From assembly GCF_030144855.1 (NCBI RefSeq), contig NC_082736.1:11470001-11534000 (forward strand): a DNA stretch of 64,000 bases, read 5' to 3'. The notes below the pieces were generated by a model. The model was not told the DNA's origin. It searched no databases and saw only the letters and a program-made list of their open reading frames with translations. Below, one piece after another: positions 27,570 to 38,789 of this stretch (the first letter of the stretch is position 1; the number at the start of each line of letters is the position of its first letter). Position numbers and translations under genes: made by a program. Origin of the DNA: Hypanus sabinus (Eukaryota).

Positions 27570-28217
27570 TATGTACACAACGCTAGAATAACTCAGCAGG
27601 TCAGGCAGCATCTGTGAGAAAAGAGTAGCCAACATTTCGGGCCGAAACCCTTCATCAGGAATGGGGGGAAGAGAGGGCCGAAGCCCAGTAATAGAGATAG
27701 GGGAGGGGTTAGGGCCCAGAGGAGCCAGGAGGAAAACCAATCAGAGGAAAGATAAAGGGGGGAGGGGATAAGCAGAAAGGAATGTATAAAGCAGAAAGTA
27801 GAGATAAAGGAGCAGGAAGTAGAAAGGGGAGAGAGGCAGAGAGCGACCTGGGAGAGGGGGAGGGAATTACCGGAAATTGGAGAATTCAATGTTCATACCA
27901 CCAGGCTGGAGGCTACCCAGACAGTAGATAAGGTGTTGGTCTTCCAACCTGAGTTGGTCCTCATCATGGTAGTAGCGGAGGCCATGTATGGACATATCTA
28001 GATGTGAATGAGAGGCAGAGTTGAAGTGGGTGGCAATCGGGAGGTCCTGTCTATTGTGACGGGTGGAGCGGAGCTGTTCGACGAAGCAGTTCCCCAATCT
28101 GCGTTGGGTCTCGCCGGTGTAGACGAGGCTGCACCGGGAGCACCGGATGCAATAGACAACTCCAGCAGACTCGCAGGTGAAGTGTTTCCTCACCTGAAGG
28201 ACTATCTGGGGCCCTGA
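27570..28217 (-). mobile_element. Penelope-like element 3' part: GIY-YIG endonuclease + terminus with hammerhead motif
   Basis: ORF 27867..28193(-) 'FTCESAGVVYCIRCSRCSLVYTGETQRRLGNCFVEQLR..PIATHFN..SLQPGGMNIEFSNF' is an uninterrupted GIY-YIG domain. Confidence 0.9.
27626..27662 (-). ncRNA. Minimal type-I hammerhead ribozyme motif (best-preserved core in the window)
   Basis: Minus strand: attc-CTGATGA-a-gggt-ttcg-gccc-GAAA-TGTT-ggct. The conserved core boxes and stem II are intact; stems I and III are imperfect. Confidence 0.55.
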
Positions 28218-28219
28218 AA

Positions 28220-29900
28220 AGGGATGAGATCCTACAGTGAATATAGAGAGTCAGGGAACAAGTTGACGGGCAGGACCTGAAAGGTTGTAATCACCCAGTT
28301 ACTCCCCATGCTGTGTGGTAGTGGTGTTAGGGACAGAAAGTTAGAGCAGATGAATGTGTGGCTGAGGTGCTGGTCCAGGGACAGGGTTTCAGGATTCCAG
28401 AACATTGGAACCTCTTCTGGTGCAGAGGTGACATTTACAAGAGGGATGGCTTGCACCTTCACTGGAGGGGGGTCTGTATCATGAGGTTTATTGCTGCTCC
28501 CTGAGAGGGTTGAAATTAGATTGACGGGGATGTGAACCAGAACACCAGTCACTGAATGGAGAGATTGAAGCTAAATTTAATGCTTAGCACTGTAAGGATT
28601 GATTTTGAGACAAATACACATCTGACATGAGTTTGTTTAAAGATCAGCTGCACAGTGTTTCAGGGCCAGTTTGTTCCAGTAAGAGGGAGGGTCAAGGATG
28701 ACAAGGTTCAGGAACCTTGGATGATGAGAGAGGAAGCACATTTTGTCAGTGAAGAGTGAGAAGCATATGTAAGGCTTAGGAAGCTGGAATCAACCAGGGT
28801 GTTTGAGGACTATATTTAGAAAACAGAAGGGAACTCAAGAACATTTAGAGAGCTAGAAACAACGAAGAAAAATCTCTGGTGAGTAGAATTAATGATAATC
28901 CCATTGCATTCTGACATTCATTCTGCTGAAAAGGATACCCAGGGGTGCACTTTGGGAGATCCAACATTAAGGGTGGTTAGACAGTTAATGGTAGGAACAT
29001 GAATAGTATTGGCAAAGAGAAGGATGTTGAGATTGACTGTGAGCACAGGTTGACATTGAGGAAAAGTCGGTGTATGGCATGTTTGCCTTCATCAGACAAG
29101 ACATTGAGTTCAAACACCAGGATATAATGTTACAGGTTTACAAAATGCTGGCTAGGCCACAGTGAGAGTACAGTGTACTGAACACTGTATGTGGAAGCAT
29201 GTGGAGATTCAGGAGCAGGGGCAGAGGGGGTTTACCAGGATGTCTGGAGGAGGTGTGTGGTGAGGAGAGGGTGGACATGCTGGAACCTTTTCATCTGATG
29301 GTATTGGCTCAGAAGAAATTTTATAGAAGATTATAAAAATTTGCTTGTCATAGTTAGTGTAGACAGCCAGTAATATTTTTCACAGGAGTGAAATGTCTTC
29401 TACTAGAAGGCATGTGTTTAAGGTCAGAGGAAGAAAGTGAAGGAAGGAGAGAAATGGGGACGGAATGCACTGTCAGGGGTGGTGGCAGAGGCAGAGAGCA
29501 CAGGGGAATGAATGCTCTCATGGATTGTATTATAGGACATCAAACAGTCAGCAGGAATAGAGGACTCAATAGGGTTGTAATAGAGGGACATTACAAATTA
29601 CATCATGTTGACTGGGACGGCTGGAGTGCTGGTGAGTGACTGAGGAGCTGGTGCAGGGAAAGTGTTTCAGGATTCTGGATCATTGGAACCTCTTCTGCTC
29701 CAGAGGTGACATTTACAAGGACAGTCTAATATTTTTCGCAGGGGTGAAATGTCTTCTAGAAGAAAACATGTATTTAAGATCGGAGGAAGAATGTGAAGAA
29801 AGCAGTGGTGGGGATTTGGATTGCACTGTCAGGTGTGGTGGCAGAGGCAGAGAGCACAGGGGTATTCAGGGAAGTATTAGACAGACTCAGGAATTTGTAG
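28220..29900 (+). mobile_element. CR1 fragments (ORF1 esterase-like and ORF2) with local duplications
   Basis: CR1 ORF1-like 'FRILDHWNLFCSRGDIYKD'. A ~140-bp direct duplication sits at 29362-29505 and 29720-29862. Confidence 0.55.
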
Positions 29901-30845
29901 AGAAGTGACTGGTACTACGGTGCTGAAGAACTCGATCCATCCACCCTGCACAAACCAAAGTCTGATCTCAGACGTCCTCACACAGGGAGCATCTCGGGAG
30001 ATCTGACCAAACTGACCGTTGCTTTCGCAAACTGTTCATTTATATTCAGAGGCCTTGGAGGACGAGTTTTTTTTTCAATTGATACCGTCAGTTTCACAGG
30101 GTAAATGTGCCTTTGTAGACTCCATAGCCGGACCGCGGAGAGCATTCTGACAGGCTGCATCTCTGTCTGGTATGGAGGGACTACTGCACAGGACGGAAAG
30201 AAGCTGCTGATAGTACCCAGGACATCTGTAGGGAGCGGAGTCGCATAAACGCAGCGTTCATTAATTTGCAGTATTTCTGTGTTTGCACATTAAAAAAAAT
30301 CTATTCAATATACATGTGTATTTATGTTTTATTTACTAGTATTTTTCGCTCTCTACTCGATTATGTATTGCATTGAACTGCTGCTGCTAAGTTAACAAAT
30401 TTCGCGTCACATGCCGGTGATAATAAACTTGATTTTGAAATGAAAGTCGCAAATATTGTTCAGTGAGGCGATGGGAATCGCTCATGAAGCAACGAACAGG
30501 CGATGTTCCCGCCTGCTGCAAACCGGAACGGTCCGGGGTAAAACCGTAATGTGGAACCCAGACAACGCGGTTTTAGGTGATCAAAAGCGGAGTCGTTCAG
30601 AGGTCGGAGATTAAATTCACCCTCCCGGGGCCGACTCCGAAAGTTTATTTCACGACCCTGCGCCTAGTGATCCGCTGACACTCTGCAGGGGGAGAGACCT
30701 CCAATCAGCCGGCTGAGGGGAGAAAATGAGTCGGGACTGAAGCGAACCGGTTTCTGTGCAGACTTATATCAGTTGACCTCCCGGAAGAAACATGTCGAGG
30801 CTGTGACAGATACAGGATATCAAACGGACGGAGATCACCCGCTGC

Positions 30846-30887
30846 TCAGCCCTTTCATGGACATTGTGAGTGGCTCTGAAAAGAGCC
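30846..30887 (-). terminator. Histone 3' stem-loop and HDE (H2A)
   Basis: The reverse complement of 30872-30887 is GGCTCTTTTCAGAGCC, followed by ACTCA and the HDE 'atgaaagggctga'. Confidence 0.95.
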
Positions 30888-30917
30888 TTTGGGTAAACAG
30901 GTTCAGCTTACGTCACT

Positions 30918-31349
<432 letters not shown>

Positions 31350-31370
31350 TCACCCCGCTCCAACTCGCCC

Positions 31371-31560
31371 TTTTTATACCTTCTTTGAGAATAGAATCTG
31401 ATGTTTGTGACTGGTGTGATCCTGCTTATTCTCATTGGTGAAGAGAAACGTCCCAATCGAAGAACTGCCAGAATCACCAATCAGCAGTCCGTAAAAGCAG
31501 AAGCGCGCATAGTAAACGTCTCATCAAAGTGCACTGAAATTTGGAAAAAGCCCGCCAAAA
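31371..31560 (-). promoter_or_regulatory. H2A promoter (TATA + three CCAAT boxes)
   Basis: Minus-strand GGTATAAAAA at 31371-31380; ATTGG/CCAAT at ~31434, ~31453 and ~31477; 'cccgccaaaa' at 31551-31560. Confidence 0.75.
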
Positions 31561-31729
31561 ATCAAACTATTATTAAAATATAATTTGAAATTAAATAATT
31601 CCAGACCTGTTTTAAGATTGGGTCTTCGCATTTCCCTCTGTTACTGAAACAGGGCCCATTTAATACAAATGTAGTTGATATTGGAGTGTCTGGGAACTCA
31701 ATTCTCTGATTCCTTTCAAACCTTTCAAA

Positions 31730-32270
31730 ACTGTGTGCAGTTTTGGTCCCCTAATCTGAGGAAAGACATTCTTGCCATAGAGGGAGTACAAAGAAGGTTC
31801 ACTAGATTGATTCCTGGGATGGCAGGACTTTCATTTGAAGAAAGACTGGATCGACTGGGCTTATACTCACTGGGATTTAGAAAATTGAGGAGGGATCTTA
31901 TTGAAACGTATACAATTCTAAAGGGATTGGACAGGAAGATGGTTCCCGGTGTTCTGGAAGTACAGAACAAGGGGTCAGAGTTTAAGAATAAAGGGGAAGC
32001 CTTTTAGGACCGAGATGAGGAGAAATTTCTTCAAACAGAGAGTGGTGGTTCTGTGCAATTCTCTGCAACAGGAAACAGTTGAGGCTGGTTTATTGGCTAT
32101 CTTTCAGAGGGAGTTAGATATGGCCCTTGTGGGTAAAGGGATCAGGAGATATGGAGAGAAAGCAGGTACGGGGTTCTGAGTTGGATGATCAGCTATGATC
32201 ATACTGAATGGCAGTGCAGGCTCGAAGGGCCGAAGGGCCTACTCCTGCACCTATTTTCTATGTTTCCATG
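31730..32270 (+). mobile_element. Relatively young 5'-truncated CR1 LINE
   Basis: 'CVQFWSPNLRKDILAIEGVQRRFTRLIPGMAGLSFEERLDRLGLYSL', a complete 3' UTR, and the tail 'ttttctatgtttccatg'. Confidence 0.9.
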
Positions 32271-32665
32271 AACCGAAAAAAAACTGACCCTCAGCTTCTG
32301 CCCACAGTCGGTCACTGTGTGAACGTTATCAGGTTATAGACAAACGGCTCTTCTCAAATTGTGACCAGCGTCTAGTCTGCAATTTTAAAAAGTTGTTCTA
32401 TGAAATAGTCATGAGGTCTTCCAGGCTTGTGTTAAAATGAGATTCAGGTGTTAGCCACCTGCAACCAATAAACTCCTGAAGCCAGAAATAAAACAACAAC
32501 GGCAGCAATCCTCCGCTTGGCGTGGATACCGAGTGGGACGGACTGATGTGGAGGGGAGGTAACGATTCCTTTTCACTGCAGTGGGAGTTTATGCCAACCG
32601 TGACTTAGCTCTTGTAAAAGTCACCGGACATAAAATATGTATAATTTATTATCTAAATGGTAGTA

Positions 32666-32706
32666 CAATTCTCTCATTGAAATTGTGAGTGGCTCTTAAA
32701 AGAGCC
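32666..32706 (-). terminator. Histone 3' stem-loop and HDE (truncated H2B)
   Basis: The reverse complement of 32691-32706 is GGCTCTTTTAAGAGCC, followed by ACTCA and 'aatgagagaattg'. Confidence 0.92.
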
Positions 32707-32737
32707 GTTGTGTTTTCGATCATCTCACTGGCGAGCT

Positions 32738-32980
32738 TTACTTGGAGCTGGTGTACTTGGTCACCGCCTTTGTCCCTTCGGACACGGCGTGCTTGGCCAG
32801 CTTCCCGGGCAGCAGCAGGTGCACGGCGGTCTGGATCTCCCGGGAAGTGATGGTTGACCGCTTGTTGTAATGTGCCAGGCGGGAAGCCTCACCCGCGAAA
32901 TGCTCGAAGATATCGTTCATGAGCGAGTTCATGATGCTCATGGCCTTGGAGGAGATGCCAGTATCGGGGTGAACCTGCTT
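32738..32980 (-). pseudogene. H2B: 5'-truncated histone H2B pseudogene
   Basis: H2B homology runs only from K46 ([14 protein letters not shown]) to KYTSSK*. Substitutions are F65L, V66M, R72H, I73F, R99H and E105K. The upstream sequence is unrelated to H2B. Confidence 0.9.
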
Positions 32981-33495
32981 TGTCTCTCTCCACTGCCCAT
33001 TGTCGCTTTGGGTAACACCGTAGACTGGGAACTGGTGCTGATCACTGGGAGTTGCCGCTGTTGGGTAATTCGGCAGCAAGGAAATCGAAAATACAAAATG
33101 GACCATAAATTACAGGCGCAGTATTCGGCCATTCAACCTATCGTATCTGGTAGAAAAGCAGATCGAATGAGAAAAACACACACTTGAAAATATGAAACGT
33201 TTATGTAATGAAACATGGCAGCAGGAGATCGAAAGTCATCATGAGAGACCCATTTCAGAGTGAGGGTGAAAGTTGTTTATTGTTATATACAACTGGCTTA
33301 CAGCAGATTCAAAGACTCACAGTATCGGAGACAAAACATTCACAGAATAAAATCATACTCTACAGAATTATAAAGAGGTAACAGAATTACAACAAGAGCC
33401 AATTGCATTGTAAAGTGGTGCTACTGAGGTGGTGATGAGGGTTGTCCATGTTTGTTAAACCACAGAATGTCTGTACCCGTCTGTGAAAGTGTAGA

Positions 33496-33903
33496 CTGTG
33501 AAAGTGTGGGTTCATTCTGTATCTGTCAGTCTCTGGTACAGTGTGAAAGTGTGGGGTCATTCTGTATCTGTCAGTCTCTGGTACAGTGTGAAAGTGTGGG
33601 GTCATTCTGTATCTGTCAGTCTCTGGTACAGTGTGAGAGTGCGGGGTTCATTCTGTATCTGTCAGTCTCTGGTACAGTGTGAAAGTGTGGGGTCATTCTA
33701 TATCTGTCAGTCTCTGGTACAGTGTGAGAGCTTGGGGTTCATTCTGTATCTGTCAGTCTCTGGTACAGTGTGAGAGTGTGGGGTCATTCTGTATCTGTCA
33801 GTCTCTGGTACAGTGTGAGAGTGCAGGGTTCATTCTGTACCTGTCACTGTCTGGTACAGTGTGGCAGTTGGACTTCACACTGTATCTTCCAGTTTCTCAT
33901 GCA
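33496..33903. repeat. 45/46-bp minisatellite, 8 full copies + 1 degenerate copy
   Basis: Unit gtgtgaaagtgtggggtcattctgtatctgtcagtctctggtaca, with starts at 33496, 33541, 33586, 33631, 33677, 33722, 33768 and 33813. Confidence 0.95.
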
Positions 33904-33989
33904 GTGTAAATGTATTAAGTTCTTTCAGATTCAGTCTTACTATTGAACGCTGATTAGATCAAGTTTGCTTCTTAAATAAAATCATACAA

Positions 33990-34455
33990 TGCGATGAGGC
34001 CACACTTAACTTGGAAGAACAACATTTTCATCTGGGTAGCTTCCAAACTGATAGCATGAACATCAAATCCTTGAATGTCTAGTAATGCCCCCCTCACTAG
34101 TTCCCCTCCCCTTTTTCTTCTCTCACCTTGCCCACCCATCCCCTCCCCCGTGTGCTCTTCCCCCCCTCCTCGTTTCTTTCTTCCATGACCTTCGCTCTCT
34201 TTCACCAATCTTCCCAGCTCTTTACTTCATTCCTCCCTTTCAAGATTCACCCATCACCTTGTTTTCTCTCTCCCTTATCCCCAGCTTATAACTCTACTCC
34301 TCATCTTTTTTGTCTCCAGTCTTGCCGAATGTTTTTGGACTGAAACATTGACTGTATTTTTTTGTCCTACAGATGCTGCCTGGCCTGCTGAGTTCCTTCA
34401 GCACTCAGCGTGTGTTGCTTGGATTTCCAGCAACTGCAGATTTTCTCTTGTTTGT
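33990..34455 (+). mobile_element. Penelope-like element 3' fragment
   Basis: Remnant of the GIY-YIG C-terminus ('gaggccacacttaacttggaagaacaacatttt'), a pyrimidine tract, and the terminus 'gatgctgcctggcctgctgagttccttcagca'. Confidence 0.7.
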
Positions 34456-34637
34456 GACACAGTGTTGTATATTGGTATCTCAGGGATGATGTATCTGGTT
34501 ACATTGAACTACTCTGAATGGACTTTGCAGCAGAGCATACAGAGCAACAAGACCAGACCATCGAATCCAACTCTGGGCTTGTGATAAATATGTAACTTCC
34601 CTCGAGTTCTGTGTGTGAGGGCTTGAATGGTGCGTAT

Positions 34638-35631
34638 TGTTACGAAGGATGAACAACTCTGTTGGGCAGATGGGTGCAAAAGCGCCCATGCCCCCCCCCC
34701 CACTTTTGGAGAATCGCAAATCGCTACTATTTGGATGCTGTTATCAAGGAAGTAAGAGAGATAAAGGAAAGCTGCCAGAGCAGTTGTTATTGATAACAGC
34801 TCATGAAAGAGAATGAGAGACACAGCTAAGATGGAACGTCTCCTACTGACAAAAGCCATTGATTTACTGCTATTGTCTTGTGGAGAAGGATTGTTTACTT
34901 GGTACAGTTCTATTCATTGAAACCCCTCAGGGGGCAACAGAGTGGGCTGGTTTGATGGGTACATCATCCCAACCTGACTGACACCTGAGACCCTGTGAGT
35001 GGGGATAAAAGTGAGGTCTGGGGTAACACCCCTCAGACACACCAGGAGAAATGCTAGTGAGCATTAGAACCGCACGAGACAGGGTGGGATATCGGAGACT
35101 GAATGAAGGATTGGTAATTTTTAACTCAGACTGTTTTGTAGCAAGACCGGTGGGGGCTTGTGTGTGTGTCCACCCTTGCCTGGGTGCTGAGTCCACCACG
35201 GAAGAACAGTCTAGCTAAAGGATGGAGGGGTCATATGTGAATGGCCACAACAACAACGCATTGACGGATCAAAATGGTAAATGAAGGTTGGCAAGATAAT
35301 AGCTGTTACTGTTCACACATTTTCTCTCTCTCTCTCTCTCTCTCTCTCAACAATTGAAACACTGTGACAAACAACTACCGCAAACTGCATGAACTGAACG
35401 GAACTTTATATTTTCATCTGACAATTCATTATCCCCTAGACAACGATAGAGCTTGTTTCACTAGTGATTATTATTATACTCGCACTTTTAAGTTTAGTAT
35501 TGTTAACGTATATTTGCATTGCTATTATTTTGTATATTTTTGCTAATAAATATTGTTGAAAATAGTATCACCAGACTCGAATGGATACCTGTCTTTGCTG
35601 GTAAGACACCCAGTTACAGGGTATGTATTGA
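34638..35631 (+). mobile_element. Candidate solo LTR
   Basis: Begins TGTTACG at 34638, has AATAAA at ~35545 and a degenerate end 'gtatgtattga'. GTAT occurs on both flanks (34634-34637 and 35632-35635) as a possible 4-bp target-site duplication. Confidence 0.45.
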
Positions 35632-36649
35632 GTATCATGTAGCAACATTTGGAGTGATGGAATTGAGAATGATTTTAACTGTAGATATGTAACCAGTGTG
35701 TCCACACAGTGATCAATGATGGGGCCTCTGTATGATCAGATTAAAATACACACGGGCTGATCAGATCACTGTTGATATGAATGTTGGTGCAGTTGTGGGT
35801 GGTGAGGAAGGTTGTCAAACGGACAGTACTGACATTGAAAGGAAATAAACTGCTATAACGATCACAGAGGGGGAGCAGTGAGAGGACTGGGGGGGGGGGA
35901 GGGGTGTCTGTGTAGATTAATGTAATGGGTGGAAACATGCAGAATTAACAACCACCAACATTGAGTTGTGTTTCTCTTTAAAAGGCTGGACAGATGTTAT
36001 GATGTAATTATGTCATTTTATTTTAAACTGTGCTTTGTTTCTGTGTTTGGAGGATAATAAATGAGTTGTTACAGTTGTCACTAAACATAAAATGCCTCAT
36101 GCCATTTTATTTGTAAAAACCCACAATAACATACTGGGTACCAGTAGCATTCACACTACAAGAATACCACAGTGTCAGTCTGCAACGAGAAAGCCTGATC
36201 ACATTCTCTTCAGGTTCAATGGCATTGCTGACTCCGAGTTTACCACTGCCAAATGCCAACAAATGTGTGTTCTTAGTAGGTCTGTGGGAGATACCCAGAA
36301 TGTGAAGTTGTACGAATGGAGAGAGACAAACTGAGCCAAGTCACAGCTTGATGAAGGGCAGAGAGGAAAACAGAGAATCTGATGTTGTGTCCTTATGCCT
36401 GAACTATTCTCAGCTGGAAATGTTGATCCAGCAAATTGTGTTCAGCCTCTCCTTAACAGTGTGACATCAGACATCAATGAAAAAAACTAAATAATCTCAG
36501 CTGAAATGTTGTCTTTCACCTATTGGTCTTCTTTGCAAACATTTTACAGGGCAGAAAAGGCAAAGAATTTATGTCTGAGAATCTCAAACGCAACAGTGTG
36601 TCTGGACTCATGTGATTGTCAGTTCCCTGACATTTGAATACTACTAATC

Positions 36650-37160
36650 ATTGAATGTGAAGGAGGAGATGGTTGAGAAGACTGCCCACCAGTCTGAGCA
36701 AGGAGAACCCCAATACGTGGACATGTCCTTCATCTGACCTGATAAATGGCCACAGAGTTGATACCGCTGAGCTGACATTCACTTCCTCTCATTTTGCAAG
36801 GGATTCACCAGGCCACTGAACCTGCAGATACACCAGCCAGTTCACATGGGGAGAGGGCATTAACCTGCTCTGTGTGTGGGAGAGGATTCATTCAGTCACA
36901 TGAGCTCTTACTCCATCAGCCGGGTCACATCGGTGAGCAGCTAGACTTGGCTCAGTTGTCTCTGTCTCTCAGTATAGCTTCACACCTGTTCCAAGCGTGG
37001 GAGGAGATTCACTCAGTTCACCCATTTTGTGAGGCTCCAGCAAGTTTAAAATACATAGAGGACACACTTCGGTCTTGTGTCAGCAAAGAAATTTACTCAG
37101 TCATCCCACCTGCAGAAACACTGGCAACTTCACATCAGGGAGGAAGTTTAATAAAGCTTT
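36650..37160 (+). pseudogene. C2H2 zinc-finger gene relic (several degenerate tandem fingers)
   Basis: 'HGERALTCSVCGRGFIQSHELLLHQPGHIGE' plus frameshifted neighbouring fingers ('gggattcaccaggccactgaacctgcagatacaccagccagttcac', 'gaggattcactcagttcaccc', 'atttactcagtcatcccacctgcagaaacac'). Confidence 0.8.
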
Positions 37161-37969
37161 AGGTGAACATTTTAACCATCATGATGACTGAATCTAGTTG
37201 GAAGTTCATGTGAGACTGTCAATATCAGATTTTGCAGATATTGTGACTGAACCCTGGTCACTGAGCATTGGAGTGTTTGTTCTGCTGAAGTTAGTCTGAA
37301 AATACTCTGGCATTAATGTTGTGGATCTGTGACAAATTAATCAGCTCTATTTCAAATCTTGTGTCTCAGGAACTTCCTGCCTGCCACACAGCTAATGTAC
37401 AGTAGAAAGGCCACTCAGTTCATCTGGTACCGGCTTTTGTTCCTTTTCTACCCCAGAGCTTTCAAATCCATCACTGCTGTTCACCTGTCACTCACCCTAT
37501 AATATACATTTTGCAACTGCTCAGCTTGTGATACAGAGGTTTACTTTGAATTAAATCCATAACTTTCTGGAAACTGCAGAAGATGAATTCACTAGGGTTT
37601 TGTCCCAAATAGTCTTCATTCCTCACAGCTCTGGACCAAGGATGACGTCTTGTGTGGTTAAAATCTTCGTGTTCTGCTCTATTCATTGTTTTGGGTCATT
37701 TTCACTGATTTTGAAGGGCTGTGCCTCACACAGCCAGGCTGTTGCAATACAATGCTGTCCTCTGAAATATGAGCAGAATGGTGGTTAAATATTCGATGGA
37801 GCAGAAACAAGAGAGCTCTACACTAATGAGGGCTTTGGGACTCCAGACGTGATGGAGCCTCAAGTTTACAGGGTGTAGAAGGAAGGATTCAGACCAGGAG
37901 GATGAGGCTACAAATGAAAGTTCAGAAACATTTGGCAACTGATTGACTAAAAAAGGAGGTTTATATTTG

Positions 37970-38705
37970 CAAAATGCTGGGGGGACTCAGTGGCCCAGGC
38001 GGCATCTATGGAGAGGAATAAATAGTGAATATTATGGGCCAAGACACTTCATCCTATCTAGACTGTTTATTCCTCTGCTTAGATGCTGCCTGACCTGCTG
38101 AGTTCCCACAGTACTTTGTGTGTGGTACTTTGCAGATTATTCTCAGCATCTGCTGAACCTCAAGTTTCAAATCTACATTTCTAAGTGAGTGGGACTTAGA
38201 CATTTTGTCACACAAACTTCCCGTTGTCATTGAGAAACAGGAGAAAATCTGCAGATGCTCAAAATCCAAGGAACACACACAAAATGCTGGAGAAACAAAA
38301 AATGCTGAAAAAACAACGAGGAGTAAATTTTAAAGATGGGGGAGGGGAGCTAGAAACACAAAGTGATAGGTGGAACTCGGAGGGGGGACAGATGAAGTCA
38401 AGAGCTGGGAAGTTGAGTGGTGAAAGAGATACAGGGCTGGAGACGGTGGAGTCTGATAAGAGAACAGAAGGCCATGGAAGTAAGAAGATTGGGGAGGAAC
38501 ACTCGAGGGAGGTGATGGGCAGGTAACAAATGTGAAAAGGGGATGGGGAATGATGATGGAGGGGAGGCATGACCAGAAGATGAAGAAATCAATGTTCATT
38601 CAATCAGATTGGAGGCTACCCAGGTGGAATACAAGGTGTTGTTCCTCCTACCTGAGTGTGGCCTCATTGGGACAGTATAGGAGGCCATGGATTGACATTT
38701 CCATT
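37970..38705. mobile_element. Penelope-derived foldback repeat (37970-38125) and Penelope 3' fragment (38225-38705, -)
   Basis: Inverted 'aaatgctgg...ggcagcatc' arms; the minus strand carries the GIY-YIG C-terminal remnant ending 'MNIDF'. Confidence 0.65.
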
Positions 38706-38789
38706 GATTATGTTGTTTGTGGAAGCTTGCTGTGTTGAAGTAGATGCTGAGTTTTCTGCATAAAAACATTGACAGCTTTTGGGACATGT

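Noticed and set aside
27867-28193. Stand-alone GIY-YIG nuclease gene
   Set aside because: It is the 3' end of a 5'-truncated Penelope-like element, with several decayed homologues in the same window and no promoter.
33496-33903. CRISPR-like array or Cys-rich repeat protein (CESVGSFCICQSLVQ)n
   Set aside because: The units are contiguous with no unique spacers, there are no cas genes, and the context is vertebrate. The 46-bp units break the reading frame, so the ORFs are by-products of a minisatellite.
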